NCBI GenBank assembly: GCA_051313645.2
Contig: JBNRSN020000002.1
Span: 209,374,001-209,438,000 of the forward strand
Direction: 5' to 3'
DNA length: 64,000 nucleotides
DNA from: Centroscyllium fabricii
Lineage: Eukaryota
Shown here one piece after another: positions 12,230 through 25,910 of this stretch. A model generated the notes under the pieces. That model was not told where the DNA came from. It saw only the letters and a list, made by a program, of their open reading frames with translations, and did no database searches. How positions within the stretch are numbered: the stretch's first letter is position 1; each line of letters begins with the position of its first letter. Position numbers and translations under genes: made by a program.

Positions 12230-12828
12230 AGATAGGAATATAGGAGCAGGAGTCGGCCATTGAGCCCCTCGAGCCTGTCCCACCATTCAATGAGATCATG
12301 GCAGATCTGTGACCTAACCCCATATACCCGCCAAAGCCCCAAATCTGTTAAGAACTTTAGTAAACAAAAATATACCAATCTCAGATTTAAAATTGACAAC
12401 TGATCTGGCATCAATAGTCATTTGCAGAAAAGTGTTCCAAACTTCTACCACCCTTTGTGTGTAGACGTGTTTCCCAATTTCACTCCTGTAAGGTCTGGTA
12501 CTAATTTTTAGATTATGTCCTAGACCCCCCAACCAGCAGAAAGAGGTTCTCTCTATCTACCCTATCTGTTCCCCTTAATAGCTTGAAAACTTTGATCAAG
12601 CCACCCCTTAGCATTCTAAATTATCGGGAATACAACCCTAATTTGTGTAATCTCTCACCATAATTTAACCCTTGGAGTCTGGGTATCATTCTGGTAAACC
12701 TACGCTGCACTCCCTCCAAGGCCAATATGTCCTTCCTAAGGTGTGATGCCCAGAATTGCGCACAGTACTCCAGGTGTGGTCTAACCAGGGCTTTGTATAG
12801 CTGCAGCATAACTTCTACCCCACGATAT
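12230..12828 (-). mobile_element. CR1 3' end fragment
   Basis: LYKALVRPHLEYCAQFW..VQRRFTRMIP; YTQRVVEVWN; CR1 3' UTR. Confidence 0.85.
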
Positions 12829-12844
12829 GACATTTGAAGATGAA

Positions 12845-13401
12845 TTCACTCTACTTGATCACTCGGGTGAGGTCATTAAACTTCTTCCTGCACTGAGTCC
12901 AGGTCCTCACAGCTAAACTGCTGCCATTTACCACAGTGGCTATCTGCTGCCACTGCAGTCAGGCCTGTTGCCTGAAGGGCCTAAGGCCCCCTATGAAAAA
13001 AATACCTCTCTCCTGGATTTGGCTTCCTAGACCAAGGCCTCCAGTGCTGCAACTGAGAACCTTGGCATCCTTTTGCTGGCCTGTTAAGCCATTATTCAGC
13101 AGTCTTCTTTTTGAGCCTTGCCTCCCCACGAAGTACACCAGCTGCTGCAGGCTGAAGGCACCTCCCCTTTAAAAGGTGCAGACTGCCTTTTAGAAGTGGA
13201 GGCTAGCATCACATGAACTTATGCCCACTGGTAAGCTTTCAGCCATTCAGCAGCACGTTCAGCATTGGGCTGAACACAACAATCATGTAAATTAGTAACA
13301 GCACAAGTTTGCATGCTGCCTGCAGTCCACTGAATGGGTGTTAGTTGATTGCGCATCACGATCTCCATGCTCATTTTCAAGACTTAACCAATTTCTAGGC
13401 C
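12845..13401 (-). pseudogene. PIF/Harbinger terminus with a degenerate Myb/SANT-like DNA-binding ORF
   Basis: Minus-strand translation MPRFSVAALEALV..WQQIATVVNGSSLAVRTWTQCRKKFNDLTRV; terminus GGCCTAGAAATT at 13401. Confidence 0.75.
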
Positions 13402-13690
13402 TGGAACTCTCATCTATGCTCACTGGGACTGTCAGGGGTGGGGATCAGAGGCAGGAATGCTGCCACTGAACCAAGTCTCACTCCAGCACTAGTGTAAAAT
13501 GTACATATGCTAATAGGCCTGGTAAATCTTGCAGTAGAACGCAGCTGTAGCGGATAACTGAGCCAGGTGCCACGTCAGATCACATGTCAAGTAAATTAAC
13601 TCATCCCTATTCTGTCCTTCCCTGCATGAAATGTATGTTTAGCAAGCTTAATATTACAGTACGACAAAGATCATTGTAGCAAAAAGCAGA

Positions 13691-13770
13691 AACCTGAGTT
13701 AGCATAAGGTGAACCAGTTAAGTGATATGAACCTGAGTTAGCATAAGGTGAACCAGTTAAGTGATATGAA
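13691..13770. repeat. Perfect 39-bp tandem duplication
   Basis: (aacctgagttagcataaggtgaaccagttaagtgatatg) x2. Confidence 0.95.
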
Positions 13771-15119
13771 GGAGTGCGTTGATTGTGGGCTTTAATGATT
13801 GGGTATACTGCATAGTTTGCATTGGCACAACCTGTGTAACTTAACTCTGGAGTGAAGTTGCAAGGATCACATTCTAGCAAACGATAGGAGAGCATTTCAA
13901 GATGATTGCCTTACACTTGCTTTGTCTTCACATTGGCTGCAATACAATTATAGCCAGTGCAAAGCAAACTTTAACAAGTACCCAGGAGGTCTAACAAAGC
14001 TTTTAAATGTAATTTTTAAAGCATTTTTTAATGTTGGCAAAGAGCTGTGCTAACATTAAAAATATAACTATTTTTTGGGTGGCAGTGAATGGAGTACTGT
14101 TATATTAGTATATAAGTACTGGGCTATGGTTAGCCTGGCCAGAAAGTATTGCATTGTTAGCACTGCTCTACCAGCTCCTCATCAATTTGAGAAGGTGCGA
14201 GTTTCAAAATATTATCTGCATCATTAGCCACTGATACCGACTGTGGTCAAACATAGCTGAGTGCTGATAACCTGGTTTACTAAGCTGACATGTGAAGAAT
14301 GGTTCCTACCCTAAGTTCCATTACAGGGCTGCCAGCAACCGTGCTGTCATTCCCCGGCTTATGAGGGGATGAAACAGGTCTGCATCGCGCACGACTTCTG
14401 GGTGGAAGGTAGAGGTTGAGCGGAGCAATTTCTTAGCACAAATTCCCGTGCCTGGGGCATCCTTCAAAAATAGGCCAACTGGGGCCTAACGCCTGTTGTG
14501 GGACCCCGTCACCAAATTCAGCAAAACCTGAGTAGCCTATGCACCATGCAGCTTTTCCAGATCTGTAGTGGCCTCACCAGCGATCCTGAAAGGGACCGCT
14601 GGAGGACACCAAATAACAAGTACGTTTTTTTTTATTTTTTACTAACAACGTGGAAGCAGGAGGAGTAGCAAAGTTTGCCTCCCCGCCGGAGGAACTTGAG
14701 AAGGCCCTGACCAGCGAGCAGCATCGGGATGCCCGATTGGCATCCGCAGCTCACCAATATTGTGTAAGTGAGGGCTGAATTCGAATTTCCAGCAAACCTC
14801 AGCCCTTCATCTTCAGACATGTGCTCTAGGCATGCCACTCACTTCTCACACGAGACCAATTTCCCGGTGAATGTGTTTTTGCAGTCTTCCGGTGATGTCT
14901 GTGATTTGGAACAATGCATTGCTCAGAAACATTTTTATGGTGGTTTTCAGCCTTTTACACTTACTCCGAATCTAATTATTAATAGAACCGTGACATGTCA
15001 AAATTGATTCAATATCATTGATTTTGAGGTGTAAACAAAGACTGTGGTCAAATAAATATTTTGAATAGCGAAATACATTGAATTTACTCTGACCATATTT
15101 CGTGGTTTGTTGAAGTCAT

Positions 15120-15856
15120 GGGGGAAAAATTGAGTCATGCCCCCTTTTGGGCGCTAACCATGGCGGGGCGCTACGTTTAGCGCCCTGAAAACGTTTGCAC
15201 CGTTCTGCCGTATATTCAGTTGCAGCGCCCCAAGCAGGAGGTGGGGCGCTTCTGGAAGCGCTCCATCTCGTTCCTGGGGCACTACAACTGAATTTCTTGG
15301 CGCAGTGTGTCGCAGCACCACGCTCCGCGGCATGTCGTGCCGCGGTACTGCAGGCCTTCCTCCCCTTCTTAAAGGGGAGGGGCCTAGCTCGACCACCAGG
15401 GATCGGGAGTGCTGATAAAAGATCCCGGCACTCGAGAGAAGTGCCGGGCTCATGGAGCGCAGCCGGCACTCGGCGGGGGGCTACAGAGGAGACTGGGGAC
15501 GTCAGAGGGGGCAGGTGCTGGCAGGCGGCAGCAACAGAAATGGCTGCCCAGCACCGCTCCTTTAACTTGCACTGCCCCGGCTGCAAGTATGCCCCCCTAA
15601 CCCTGTTAGACAACGCGTCCAGTGGTAAGTCAGGGGGCGCGAATTTAGATCGCGGCCAGGGCGCAAGCAGGGCGCTGCACATGGCAATGACATCATCATT
15701 GGTGGTGCAGAACCATGGGGCGCTAATGGCTACCGCCGCCGCCAGCCTCTCGCTGAATTTCATGGGAGGCGTGGGCAACGTCACGCCTAGGCGCCAGGCA
15801 CTTTATGCCCCTCTTGGGGCGCTAACGGCTGGCGCAAGCAACCCAATTTCTAGCCC
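15120..15856. mobile_element. GC-rich Harbinger-type MITE (related to 38308-39183)
   Basis: Termini GGGGGAAAAATTG / CAATTTCTAGCCC; shared internal ttaaaggggaggg motif; TSD unclear. Confidence 0.65.
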
Positions 15857-18800
15857 ATAGAGTCATAGAGTTATACAGCACAGAAAGAGGCCCTTCGTCC
15901 CATCGTGTCCATGCCAGCCATCAAACCCTGTCTATTCTAATCCCATTTTCCAGCACTTGGTCCATAACCTTGTATGCTATGGCGTTTCAAGTGCTCATCT
16001 AAATGTTTTTTGAATGTTGTGAGGGTTCCTGCCTCTACCACCCTTTCAGACAGTGAGTTCCAGATTCCAACCACTCTCTGGGTGAAAAAGTTTTTCCTCA
16101 AATCCGCTCTAAACCTCCTGCCCCTTACCTTGTAACTATGCCCTCTGGTTGTTGACCCCTCCACTAAGGGGAAAAGTTCTTTCTATCTACCCTCATAATT
16201 TTGTACACCTCAATCAGGTCCCCCCTCAGCCTTCTCTGCTCTGAGGAAAACAACCCCAGCCTGTCCAGTCTCTCTTCATAGCTGAAGCTCTCCAGCTCAG
16301 GTAACATCCTGGTGAATCTCCTCTGCACCCTCTCCAATGCAATCACATCCTTTCTATAGTGTGGTGACCAGGACTGCACACAATATTCCAGCTGTGGCCT
16401 AACTAGCGTTTTGTGCAGCTCCATCATAACCTCTCTGCTCTTATATTTTATGCCTCGGCTAATGAAGGCAAGTATCCCATACGCCTTTTTAACCACGTTA
16501 TCTCCCTGTCCTGCTGCCTTCAGGGATCTATGTACATGCATACCAAGATCCCTCTGATCCTCTGTCCTTCCTAGGGTCCTACCATTCATTGTACATTCCC
16601 TTGCCTTCATTGTCCTCCCAAAATGCATTACCTCACAATTTTCAGTGTTAAATTCAATTTTCCACTGTTCTGCCCACCTGACCAACACATCTATATCGTC
16701 CTGTAGCCTGAATTTTCCGTCCTCGCTTTTTACCACTCCACCAATTTTCGTGTCATCTGCGAACTTACTGATCATACCTCCTACATTCATATCTAAATCA
16801 TTAATGTACACTGCAAACAGCAAGGGACCCAGCACCGATCCCTGCGGTACACCACTGGACACAGGCTTCCAGTCACAAAAACAGCATTCGACCATCACCC
16901 TCTGCCTCCTGCCACTAAGCCAATTTTGGATCCAGTGTGCCAAATTGCCCTGGATCCCATGGGCTCTTACCTTCTTGACCAGTCTCCCATGCGGGACTTT
17001 GTCAAAAGCCTTACTAAAGTCCATGTAGACTACCTTAACTGCACTACCTCATCCACAAACCTAGTCACCCCCTCGAAAAATTCAATCAAATTGGTTAGAC
17101 ACGATCTCCCTCTGACAAAGCCATGCTGACTATTCTTGATTAATCCTTGCCTCTCCAAGTGGAGACCAATTCTGTTCCTCAGAAATTTTTCCAATAATTT
17201 CCCTCCCACTGAAGTTAGGCTCACTGGCCTGTAATTCCCTGGTTTATCCCTACTACCCTTCTTGAATAATGGTATGACATTAGCTGTCGTCCAGTCCTAT
17301 GGAACCTCCCCTGTGGCCAGAGAGGTTCTGAAAATTTGTGTCAGAGCCCCTGCAATCTCCTCCCTTGGCTCACACAGCAGCCTGGGATACATCTTGTCCG
17401 GACCTGGGGATTTATCCACTTTTAAGCCCGCTAAGACCGCTAGCACCTCCTCCCTCTCAATACTAATTTGTTCAAGTATACCACAATCTCCCTGCCTGAT
17501 TTCTATGCCTACATCATCTTTCTCCATGGTGAACACAGATGCAAAATATTCATTTAAAACCTCACCCACATCTTCCGACTCTACACAGATTGCCACTTTG
17601 GTCCCAAATGGGCCCTATTCTTTCCGTGGTTATCCCCTTGCCCTTAATATACTTATAACACACCTTAGGGGATTTTCCTATATTTTGCCCGCCAGTGTTC
17701 ATTCATGCACCCTTTTTGATCTCCTAAGTTCTATTTTAAGTACTCGCCTGCACTTTCTATACTCATCTCGGGCTTCCACTGTTTTTAGTCCTTTGTATCT
17801 GCCAAAAGTCTCCCTTTTTTTCCTAATCCATTTTTGTATATCCCTTGACATCCAGGGTGTCCTTGGGCTGGTTGGTCCCACCCTTGCCCTTACGGGAACA
17901 TGTTGGCGTTGTACTCTCTCTATTTCCTTTCTGAAAGACTCCCACTGCTCTGATGTGGATTTTTCGACAAATAGCTGACCCCAGTCCACTTTGGCCAGAT
18001 CCTGCCTTATCACATTATAATCGGCCTTCCCCCAATTTAGAACCTTTATTTCCAGTCCATTTTTGTCCTTTTATAGAAACATAGAAGATAGGAGCAGGAG
18101 TATGCCATTCGGCCCCTCAAGCCTGCTCCGCCATTCAATGAGATTATGGCTGATCATCGAAATTCAGTACCCTGTCCCTGCCTTCTCCGCATATCCCTCG
18201 ATCCCTTTAGCCTTGAGGAATATATCCAACTCCTTCTTGAATATATTTAATGAACTGGCCTCCACCGCCCTCTGTGGCAGAGAATTCCACAGGTTCACCA
18301 CTCTCTGGGTGAAGAAATTCCTCCTCATCTCTGTCCAAAATGGCTTACCCCTTATCCTTATACTATGACCCTTGGTTCTGGACTCCCTGGCCATTGGGAA
18401 CATCCTTCCTGCATCTAGTCTGTCCAGGCCTGACAGAATTTTATAGGCTTCGATGAGATCCCCTCTCAATCTTCTAAGCTCCAGTGAGTATAAGCCAGAT
18501 CGACACAATCTCTCCTCATATGTCATTCCTGCCATCCCAGGTATCAGCCTGGTGAATCTTCGCTGCACTCCTTCCATGGCAAGAACATCCTTCCTCAGAT
18601 AAGGCAACCAAAATTGTACACAATACTCGAGGTGCAGTCTCACCAAGGTCCTGTACAGCTGCAGAAAGACATTCTTGTTACTGTACTCAAACCCTCTTGC
18701 TACGAAGGCCAACATACCATTTGCCTTCTTAACCACCTGCTGTACCTGCATGCTTACCTTCAGTGACTGCTGCAGAAGAACACCTTTTCCATGACTACCT

Positions 18801-19583
18801 TAAATCTCACCGAATTATGGTCACTGTCATCAAAATGCTCTCCTACTGACACTTCTACCACTTGCCCAGCTACATTCCCCAGAATTAGATCCAGTACCAC
18901 CCCCTCTCTTGCAGGAGTTTCTTCATGCTGGCTCAAAAAGCTCTCCTGGATGCACTTTAAGAATTCTGTACCCTTTAAGTCTTTCACACCCTGACTAGCC
19001 CAATTAATATTGGGGAAGTTGAAATCCCCTACTATTCTTACCCTATTATTTCTACACTTCTCTGAGACTTGCCAACATATCTCTTCCTCTATCTCCCCCT
19101 GACTGTTTGGGGGCCTATAGTACACTCCCAGCAAAGTGCTTGCCCCCTTTTTGTTTTTAAGTTCTACCCATATGGCCACATTAGAGGAACCTGCTAAAAT
19201 ATCATCCCTCCTTATAGCAGTAATTGGCTCTTTGATTAATATTGCGACAGCCCCTCCTCTTTTACACCAGCCCCCGCCCCATTTCTTGCCTGAAGATTCT
19301 ATACCTCGGAATATTGAGCTGCCAGTCGTGCCCCTCCCTCAACTATGTCTCTGTGATAGCAACAATATCATACTCCCATGTGTTCATCAACACCTTCAAT
19401 TCATCTGCCTTACTTGCAAGACCCCCTTGCATTAAAATAAATGCCATCCAGCCTTGTCATACTCCCTTATGCCATTACATATTTGCTCTGCCTTCCAGGC
19501 TGGCTTGTTTTTTCCTCTATATTTGGTTGTGCATCATCCCCGACTATAGCTCCACTCCCTATCCCATCCCCCTGCCAAGTTAC
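15857..19583 (-). mobile_element. CR1 LINE with near-complete but disrupted ORF2 (EN and RT); 5' end cut by a Gypsy insertion
   Basis: ORFs 18760-19179 (GVYYRPPNS..VGDFNFPNINW), 17297-17596, 16164-17024 ([25 protein letters not shown]), 15937-16164; ctatgact tail. Confidence 0.95.
18073..18782 (-). mobile_element. Nested 5'-truncated CR1 of another subfamily
   Basis: ORF 18164-18751; tail ctatgtttctat; flanking cctttt duplication. Confidence 0.85.
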
Positions 19584-19944
19584 TGTGATAACCCCGGTAG
19601 CGAAAGCAGGACTTGAAGAGGCGTTATAACAGTAACAAAATGAGTGCTTTTATTCTCTGTCTGTACAGCTTAAATTACAACATGGAGGACCTGGAGTTTC
19701 CCGCCCTTGGCTGCCCTTTGACCCTCAGCCAGTACACAATAGCTGCAGCACCACTTGGTGGACAACCCCAATCATAACACCCCAGATTACTATATTCCTC
19801 CCCCCTTTAAGATTTCATTGTGAATTTCTGAACAACAACATTCCTAACGGTCACATAAGATTCTCCATTCACGATGTTCCTTACTTGACGAATCTAACAG
19901 ATTTGTACAAGTCTCTCTGGTGGCTTGCAAGCCCTCTGTGAACA

Positions 19945-22476
19945 TCAAACAGTAAAGTCCCCACTTGGTTGTGGTGCAGCCACCAGCTTCTCCTGAGCAG
20001 TGCTTGGAGTGTCTGACTCTGCAGCGATGATTTCTTCTTGACAAATGGGTTCCTGTGGAATTGTGTCTGTCCTTGGTGGTGACACCACAGATGCACTTGG
20101 ATAACTGGGGGCAACCCTGTCCTCAGCCATTGCCTTTGGAACCTCGATTTCAATTTCCCCTTGTCTGGTAAGTATCTGATCTACATGTCTGCGGACTACC
20201 CTACCATCTCCCTCCCCGACCTTGTATGATACTGGACCTGTCATTGAGTCTATGAAGCCAGGAATCCACTTTGGTCCAAAACTGAAATTCCTGGTAAGGA
20301 CGCATCTCCTTCTCCAAAACATCGGCTCCTTGTTCTTTTGTCATGGTTCTCTTTTTGTTTGATTTGTCTGTTTTCAATTTTCCTTTTTAGGTCTGGGTGG
20401 ACAAGGTCCAAAGTGGAGCAAAGTCTATGACCTAATAACATCTCAGCAGGAGAGAGTTCTGTGGTGGATTGAGGTGTTATTCTGTAGCTGAACAAAACCC
20501 CATGATACTTTGGTTGTTAAACTCCCTTCTGCACTTTTCTTCATCATTTCTTTGAAGGTCTGATGGCTCTCTCTGCAAGTCCATTTGCGGATGGATGATA
20601 TGGAGCTGAGGTCACCTGCACTATACCATTCTTCCTCATGAACTCCTTTATCTCGGTACTCACAAAACAAGTGGCATTGTCACTTACCACGATCTCCGGT
20701 AGCCCTTGATTACTGAAGCTCTGATGCAGGCAGTCTATAGTAGTAGTGGAGGAAGCAGAATTAACAAGATAAACTTCCATCCATATGGAATGTGCATCAA
20801 TGATTATGAGGAACATCTTCCCCATGAATGGACCCGCATAATCTAAGTGCAATCTTCTCCATGGTTTATCCGGCCACTCCCATGGGTGGAGAGGAGCTGC
20901 TACTGGTGCCTTCCTGTGTACCTGACAAGTGCTGCATGTCTTGACTAGATTTTCTATCTGCTCATCTAGCTTTGGCCACCACAAGTAACTCCAAGCCAAG
21001 GCTTTCATATGCGAGACCCCAGGAGGACACTGATGTAGTTGCTTTAGGATAAACTGTCATGCTGGCTATGGAATAACCACTTGTGCTCCCCGCAACACGC
21101 AACCATCCTGCACACTTGGCTCTGTTTTCCTGACACTGTAGGGTGTGAAGTCAGTCCCTTCCGGATGCTGTGGCCATCCCCTCACCACATATTCTCGAAC
21201 TCTAGACAGTACTGGATCTTTACCTGTCCATGTTCTTACTTGTTCTGCAGTCACCAGTGCCATGTCAGTGTCCCCCAACATCAAAACTCTGTCCTCTGGA
21301 GCTGCCTGGATAGGTGTGCCTGGCAGTGGAAGACGGCTCAAGGCATCTGCGTTCCCATGGTACTTGCCCACCTTGTAGACGATGACATATTCATATGCCC
21401 TCAATGTCACTGCCCACCTCTGGATCCGGGGTGACACCATCTGTGGAACTGCTTTCATTTCATTGAAAAGAGAGATAACAGGTTTATGATTGGTGCATAT
21501 TATGAATTTCCTGCCATGGAACCTCCCAAACATTACTGCTAACCCCTCTTTCTCTAACTGGTAATAGTTTTTTTCCGCTGGCGTTAGGGTTCGTGACATG
21601 AACCCCCAATTGGTCTTTCAGTTCCATCTTCCATGCGGTGTGAAATAACTGCTCCCACCCCGTAAGGTGAAGCATCACGAGAGAGAATGATGTCTTTCTC
21701 TTCATTGAACCAGCACATCTGCCGACAGCATCAGTTTCTTGGACTGTTCAAATGAAACCCTCTGCTCCTCTCCCCACTGCCACTGTGTCTCCTTGAACAG
21801 TAGTTTGTGAAGAGGTGCTAACACTGTTGACAATTTTGTCAAAAACCTGTTATAATAGTTCAGAGTCCCAGGTAGGCCTTTAAGTCAGCTACATTTGTAG
21901 GAGCAGGGGCTTCCTGGAGTGCTTGTACTTTCTCCTTGATTGGGTGGAGCCCGGTGGTGTCCACTCTATATCCCAGGAGCACTGCCTCCTTCCCAGGAAA
22001 GTGCACTTACTCCTCTTGAGCCATAAACCTGCATTCTCTAATCTCTGTAGTACCTCTCTCAGAGTGCTCAGATGCTCCTGGTCAGTTCTTCCTATCACCA
22101 GAATGTCATCCAGATAGATGGAAACATGTGGAATTCCTTGCAGTACACCTTCAATTGTCCTCTGGAAGATAGCTGGACTAGATGAGACACCAAACGGTAA
22201 GCGGTTATATGTAAAGAAGCCCTTATGGGTATATAAGGTAACATACTTCTTCGATTCGTCATCCAGTGTAATCTGCAAGTATGCATGACTCATATCCAAC
22301 TTTGTGAATTTCTTTCCTCCGGCTAGGTTTACAAAGAGATCCTCTATTTTAGGAATCGGATACTGCTCTAGTTTGGACACCCGATTGACTGTCAATTTAT
22401 AATCTCCGCAGAGCCTTACCGAATTGTCCAGTTTTAGAACAGTTACTATGGGAGCTGCCCATTCTGAACATTTCAC
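19945..22476 (-). pseudogene. pol: Gypsy Pol (RT, RNase H, integrase), frameshifted
   Basis: VRLCGDYK, YNRLPFGVSSSPAIFQ, IYLDDILV; YYQLEKEGLAV, NADALSRLP; CSTCQ, RLHLDYAGP, VSDNA, NGLAER. Confidence 0.9.
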
Positions 22477-22659
22477 TGGTTCCAGTATGTTCTCTCACAA
22501 TAGATGGTCAAGTTCAACCTCTACCTTTGGTTTCATGGCATAAGGCACAGGTCGTTGTTTAATAAACATTGGCAGTGCCTCCTTGTCTACATAAATCTTA
22601 GCTTGTGCCAAGTTCCTCCTTCAATACATTCTCATATTCCCTCAACACTTCTTGCAAGG

Positions 22660-23718
22660 TCACTGTTTGCCTTCATCTATTTGATTTACTGCTCCCCAGT
22701 TCAATTTAAGAACTTTTATCCAGCCCCGACCTAACAGGTTTGGTCCGGTACCCGATACTATAACTACAGGTAACTGTTCCACTGTGTCCCTGTGTTGCAC
22801 CGTTACATTAGTTACACCTAATGTTGCTACACGTTCACCTGTATATGTTTTAAGATGCAGAGAGCAAGACTTTAACTCTGGAATTTTTGCACGGTTACCC
22901 AATTTTGAGTACTCTGCCCTGTTCATTATGGTTACCACACACCCTGTATCAATTTCAAAGTTCACCTTAGCATCATTTACTGTCAGTTGCAATGTGATAG
23001 GAGCCACTTTTGGGATGTTCTCTAACATTGTGAACATGTCCTCTTCTTCCTCAGCTTCCCCGCTGATGTGGTGTGCTCCATGTTTTTTCACTTCTCCTCT
23101 TAGGTTTTTCTCCACAGGTGATTTTGCCCGACATGCTTGTTTTATGTGTCCTTGTTTCCCACACTTGTGGCACTTTTCCTCCCGAAACCTGCATTTACTC
23201 GCTAGGTGATCACCCTCGCATCTATAACATGCCTTTACATGCTCCCATTGTGGTTTCTGACGCATGTTTAACTTGTACACAATAGCTTGACCTGTGACTT
23301 GCCTAGCATTAGACTTGTCTGAACCCTGTATTTCTTTTACATCTCGGTTCGCTGTCTCTAAGGCTTGAGCAAGTTCCAATGCTTTTTCATTTGTAAGCCC
23401 AGTCTCGGATAATAATCTACGCTGTATTTGGTCATCCATTATTCCGCAGATCAGCCTATCTCTCAGCATTTCCTTCAGGTTGTTTCCATAATTGCAATCT
23501 TGTGCTAATTTGCACAACGCTGCTGCATAGTCCATTACACTCTCTTCCTCTTTCCTGTTCCTTGAATTAAACTTGAACCGCTGTACAATTTCACTTGGCT
23601 TAGGGTTGAAATGCTCTTTTAGCAAAGCCACTAATTCAACCATTGATTTGTCACCAGGCTTTTCAGGACTGAGAAGATTCTTCAGCAAACTATAGGTCTG
23701 GCTTCCCACAGAACTCAA
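22660..23718 (-). pseudogene. gag: Gypsy Gag (zinc-knuckle region) plus aspartic protease
   Basis: LRDRLICGI, CYRCEGDHLASKC, CHKCGKQGHIKQAC, FEIDTGCVVT, LLGRGWI. Confidence 0.9.
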
Positions 23719-24068
23719 TAGGATAGCTTTCCTTTTTCCAGGATCACTTATTTAATATGCCTCAAAGAAATAACCCAACACTTCACAGTATTCCTCCCAG
23801 GTTTGTGTTTGAATATCAAAAGCGTAGACCATTCCTACCTTGGCAGCCATGCTCGCGTCCAAATTGCAGCGACTTTAGCTCGTGAGTTTGTTATTTCTTT
23901 TTTCTTTCTTTTCCAAAAGTCCTGTTTGACTTTTTTTCGTTCTTCTGGGTTCTTTTTTATCTCATCGCCAGATGTGATAACCCCGATAGCGAAAGCAGGA
24001 CTCAAAGAGGCATTAAACAGTAACAAAATGAGTGCTTTTATTCTCTGGCTGTACAGCTTAAAATACAA

Positions 24069-24135
24069 GAAGTCACACAACACCAGGTTATAGTCCAACA
24101 GTTTTATTTTAAATCACAAGCTTTCGTCAGGTGAA
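24069..24135 (-). mobile_element. Short Penelope-like terminal fragment abutting the truncated 5' LTR
   Basis: Matches 11870-11920 and 11967-12031; hammerhead stem II deleted (aagctttc|gtcaggtgaa). Confidence 0.65.
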
Positions 24136-24224
24136 AGAGAGACTGACTTAAAGAACGCACATATGGGAGGAAGGGAGAAATCCGATCTCTCCCACATCTC
24201 ACATTAGCAGAGATAGACAGAGCA

Positions 24225-24505
24225 CACAAAGGAACATTAGGAACATGAGTAGGCCATTCAACCCCTTGAACCTGTTTTGCCATTCAATTAGATAATCGCT
24301 GACCTGAACCTCAACTCAATTTTCCTGCCTTTGCTCCATATCTCTTGATACTCTTACCAAGCAAAAATCTATCTATCTCAGTCTTAAAAGCTCCAATTGT
24401 CCCAGGATCCACTGTCTTTTGTGGGGAGAGAGTTCCAAATTTCTACCATCCTTTGTATGAAAAAGTGCTTCCTAATTTTGCTCCTGAATGGCCTAGCTTC
24501 ATCCG
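24225..24505 (-). mobile_element. CR1 3' UTR fragment
   Basis: RKHFFIQRMVEIWN on the minus strand, plus CR1 3' UTR. Confidence 0.7.
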
Positions 24506-24519
24506 CTAGTCTAAATAAC

Positions 24520-25910
24520 CACCCCCTCCTCCACCGCCATACCGTGACTGCAATGTTTACTATCTACAGAATGCACTGTAGCAACTCATGAAGGATTCTT
24601 TGGCAGCATCTTTGAAACCTGTGGGGGGTGATTTTCATTGACCCGTGGAGTTGGGATTGGAGGTGTTTGGGGGGTTAAAGTCCTGAATTCAGGGGTCGCG
24701 ACACCATCCCGCACCCACCCCGTCTCCATGTCAGTTTCAAAGGAGGCAGGCACTCGCCCCACACTGGGACCAGCCTACCTGAGGCGGGAAGGGGATTAGT
24801 GCCAATTAACTGCCTGTTAACAGGTAGTTAACAGGCAGTTTTTAGCCTAATCCATATTTTAAACATTGAACTGTGAGTTTCCCGACGGCTCCAAACCACG
24901 CCAAATTAGAGGAGTCGGGCCGTCGGGTTGAAGGACTTGGAAGGGTCGAGATGTCAGTGTTCTTGTGAGTGATGTGTGCTTGAGTGCAAAGGCAAGTATA
25001 TTTGGTGTGTCTAAAGTGATTAAATAAGTTTAAATTAACTTTCCTTACCTTTCCAGCCTTCCTTCCTTTAGGCTTCGAAAGTGCCTCATCTAACCGGCAC
25101 AGAAAGCAGAATGGCTGTGATCTATCAGAAGTGAGAGCCTGCAGCTTTCTGTGCCATTGAGATTTCTAACTGAGTCTGTGTAGAAGGACTCAGGTTAGAA
25201 GTAATACTGTCAGTGTTTGACAGCTTCAAACAGCTGTGAAACACTGATATTTCATCTGTCAAGGCGTCTTGATAGATCAAATTTCAGTCTGTGACATCAC
25301 CTGTTGCCAGGTGGCCCTTAAGTGGCCTGCTGCACCCATTGGGCAGGCTCAACAAGGTCAACCAAGTTAAAATTGTGTGGATTGGCCGCATGTCGATGGA
25401 GGCGGGACTACAAGCCCGAAAGTTGTAGTCCCGCCTCCTTCCCGACTTCTCAATGAAAATCACCCCTGTGATCTCTGCCTCCTAGAAGGACAACAGCAGA
25501 AGGTGCATAGGGATACTAATACCTCCAAGTTTTGTTCCAAGTCACGCCCATCCTGACTTGGACATATATCGCCGTTCCTTCACTGCCGTTGGATCAAAAT
25601 TCTGAAAAAACCCACTTAACTGCATTCCCATCATCTGCTAAACCCTCTCCTCTTGATTTGATGGTTTTTCCCAATGTCCAATTGTAAAGCACTTGGGGAC
25701 ATTTTCTTTGCTAAATGCACTGTACAAATTCAAGTTGTGTTTTTAATAGAATTATATTTATATATTTCCTTTGAAGATCAAACAATTTCTTCATCACACA
25801 GACTGCAATGATTCAAGAAAGAGGGGCCATCACCACCCCGCCTTCACAGCACTACTAGGAATGGGCAATAAACACCAGCCCTGCCAACATCACATGAATA
25901 ATTTTTTTTT
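24520..25910 (+). mobile_element. Degenerate CR1-clade 3' end (same family as 2546-4060) hosting a MITE
   Basis: HRHTVTAMFTIYRMHCSNS; gggcaataaa...catgaataa tail. Confidence 0.6.
24624..25467. mobile_element. Harbinger-type MITE (family shared with 41925-42560 and 63377-64000)
   Basis: TIR GGGGTGATTTTCATTGA / TCAATGAAAATCACCCC; TSD GTG. Confidence 0.85.

Larger units (their letters stand above)
19584..24068 (-). mobile_element. Ty3/Gypsy LTR retrotransposon (K02A2.6-like), decayed; 3' LTR 19584-19794, truncated 5' LTR 23973-24068
   Basis: Repeated tgtgataacccc...acagcttaaa; PPT 19795-19810; PBS tggcgatgag (tRNA-Ser(GCU)-like) 23961-23970; gag-PR-RT-RH-IN order. Confidence 0.95.

Noticed and set aside
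13691-13770. 39-bp direct repeat as a regulatory or CRISPR repeat
   Set aside because: Two adjacent copies with no spacer; a simple tandem duplication
15116-15860. Overlapping 221/222-aa ORFs on both strands
   Set aside because: Stop-poor GC-rich MITE sequence with no recognisable domain
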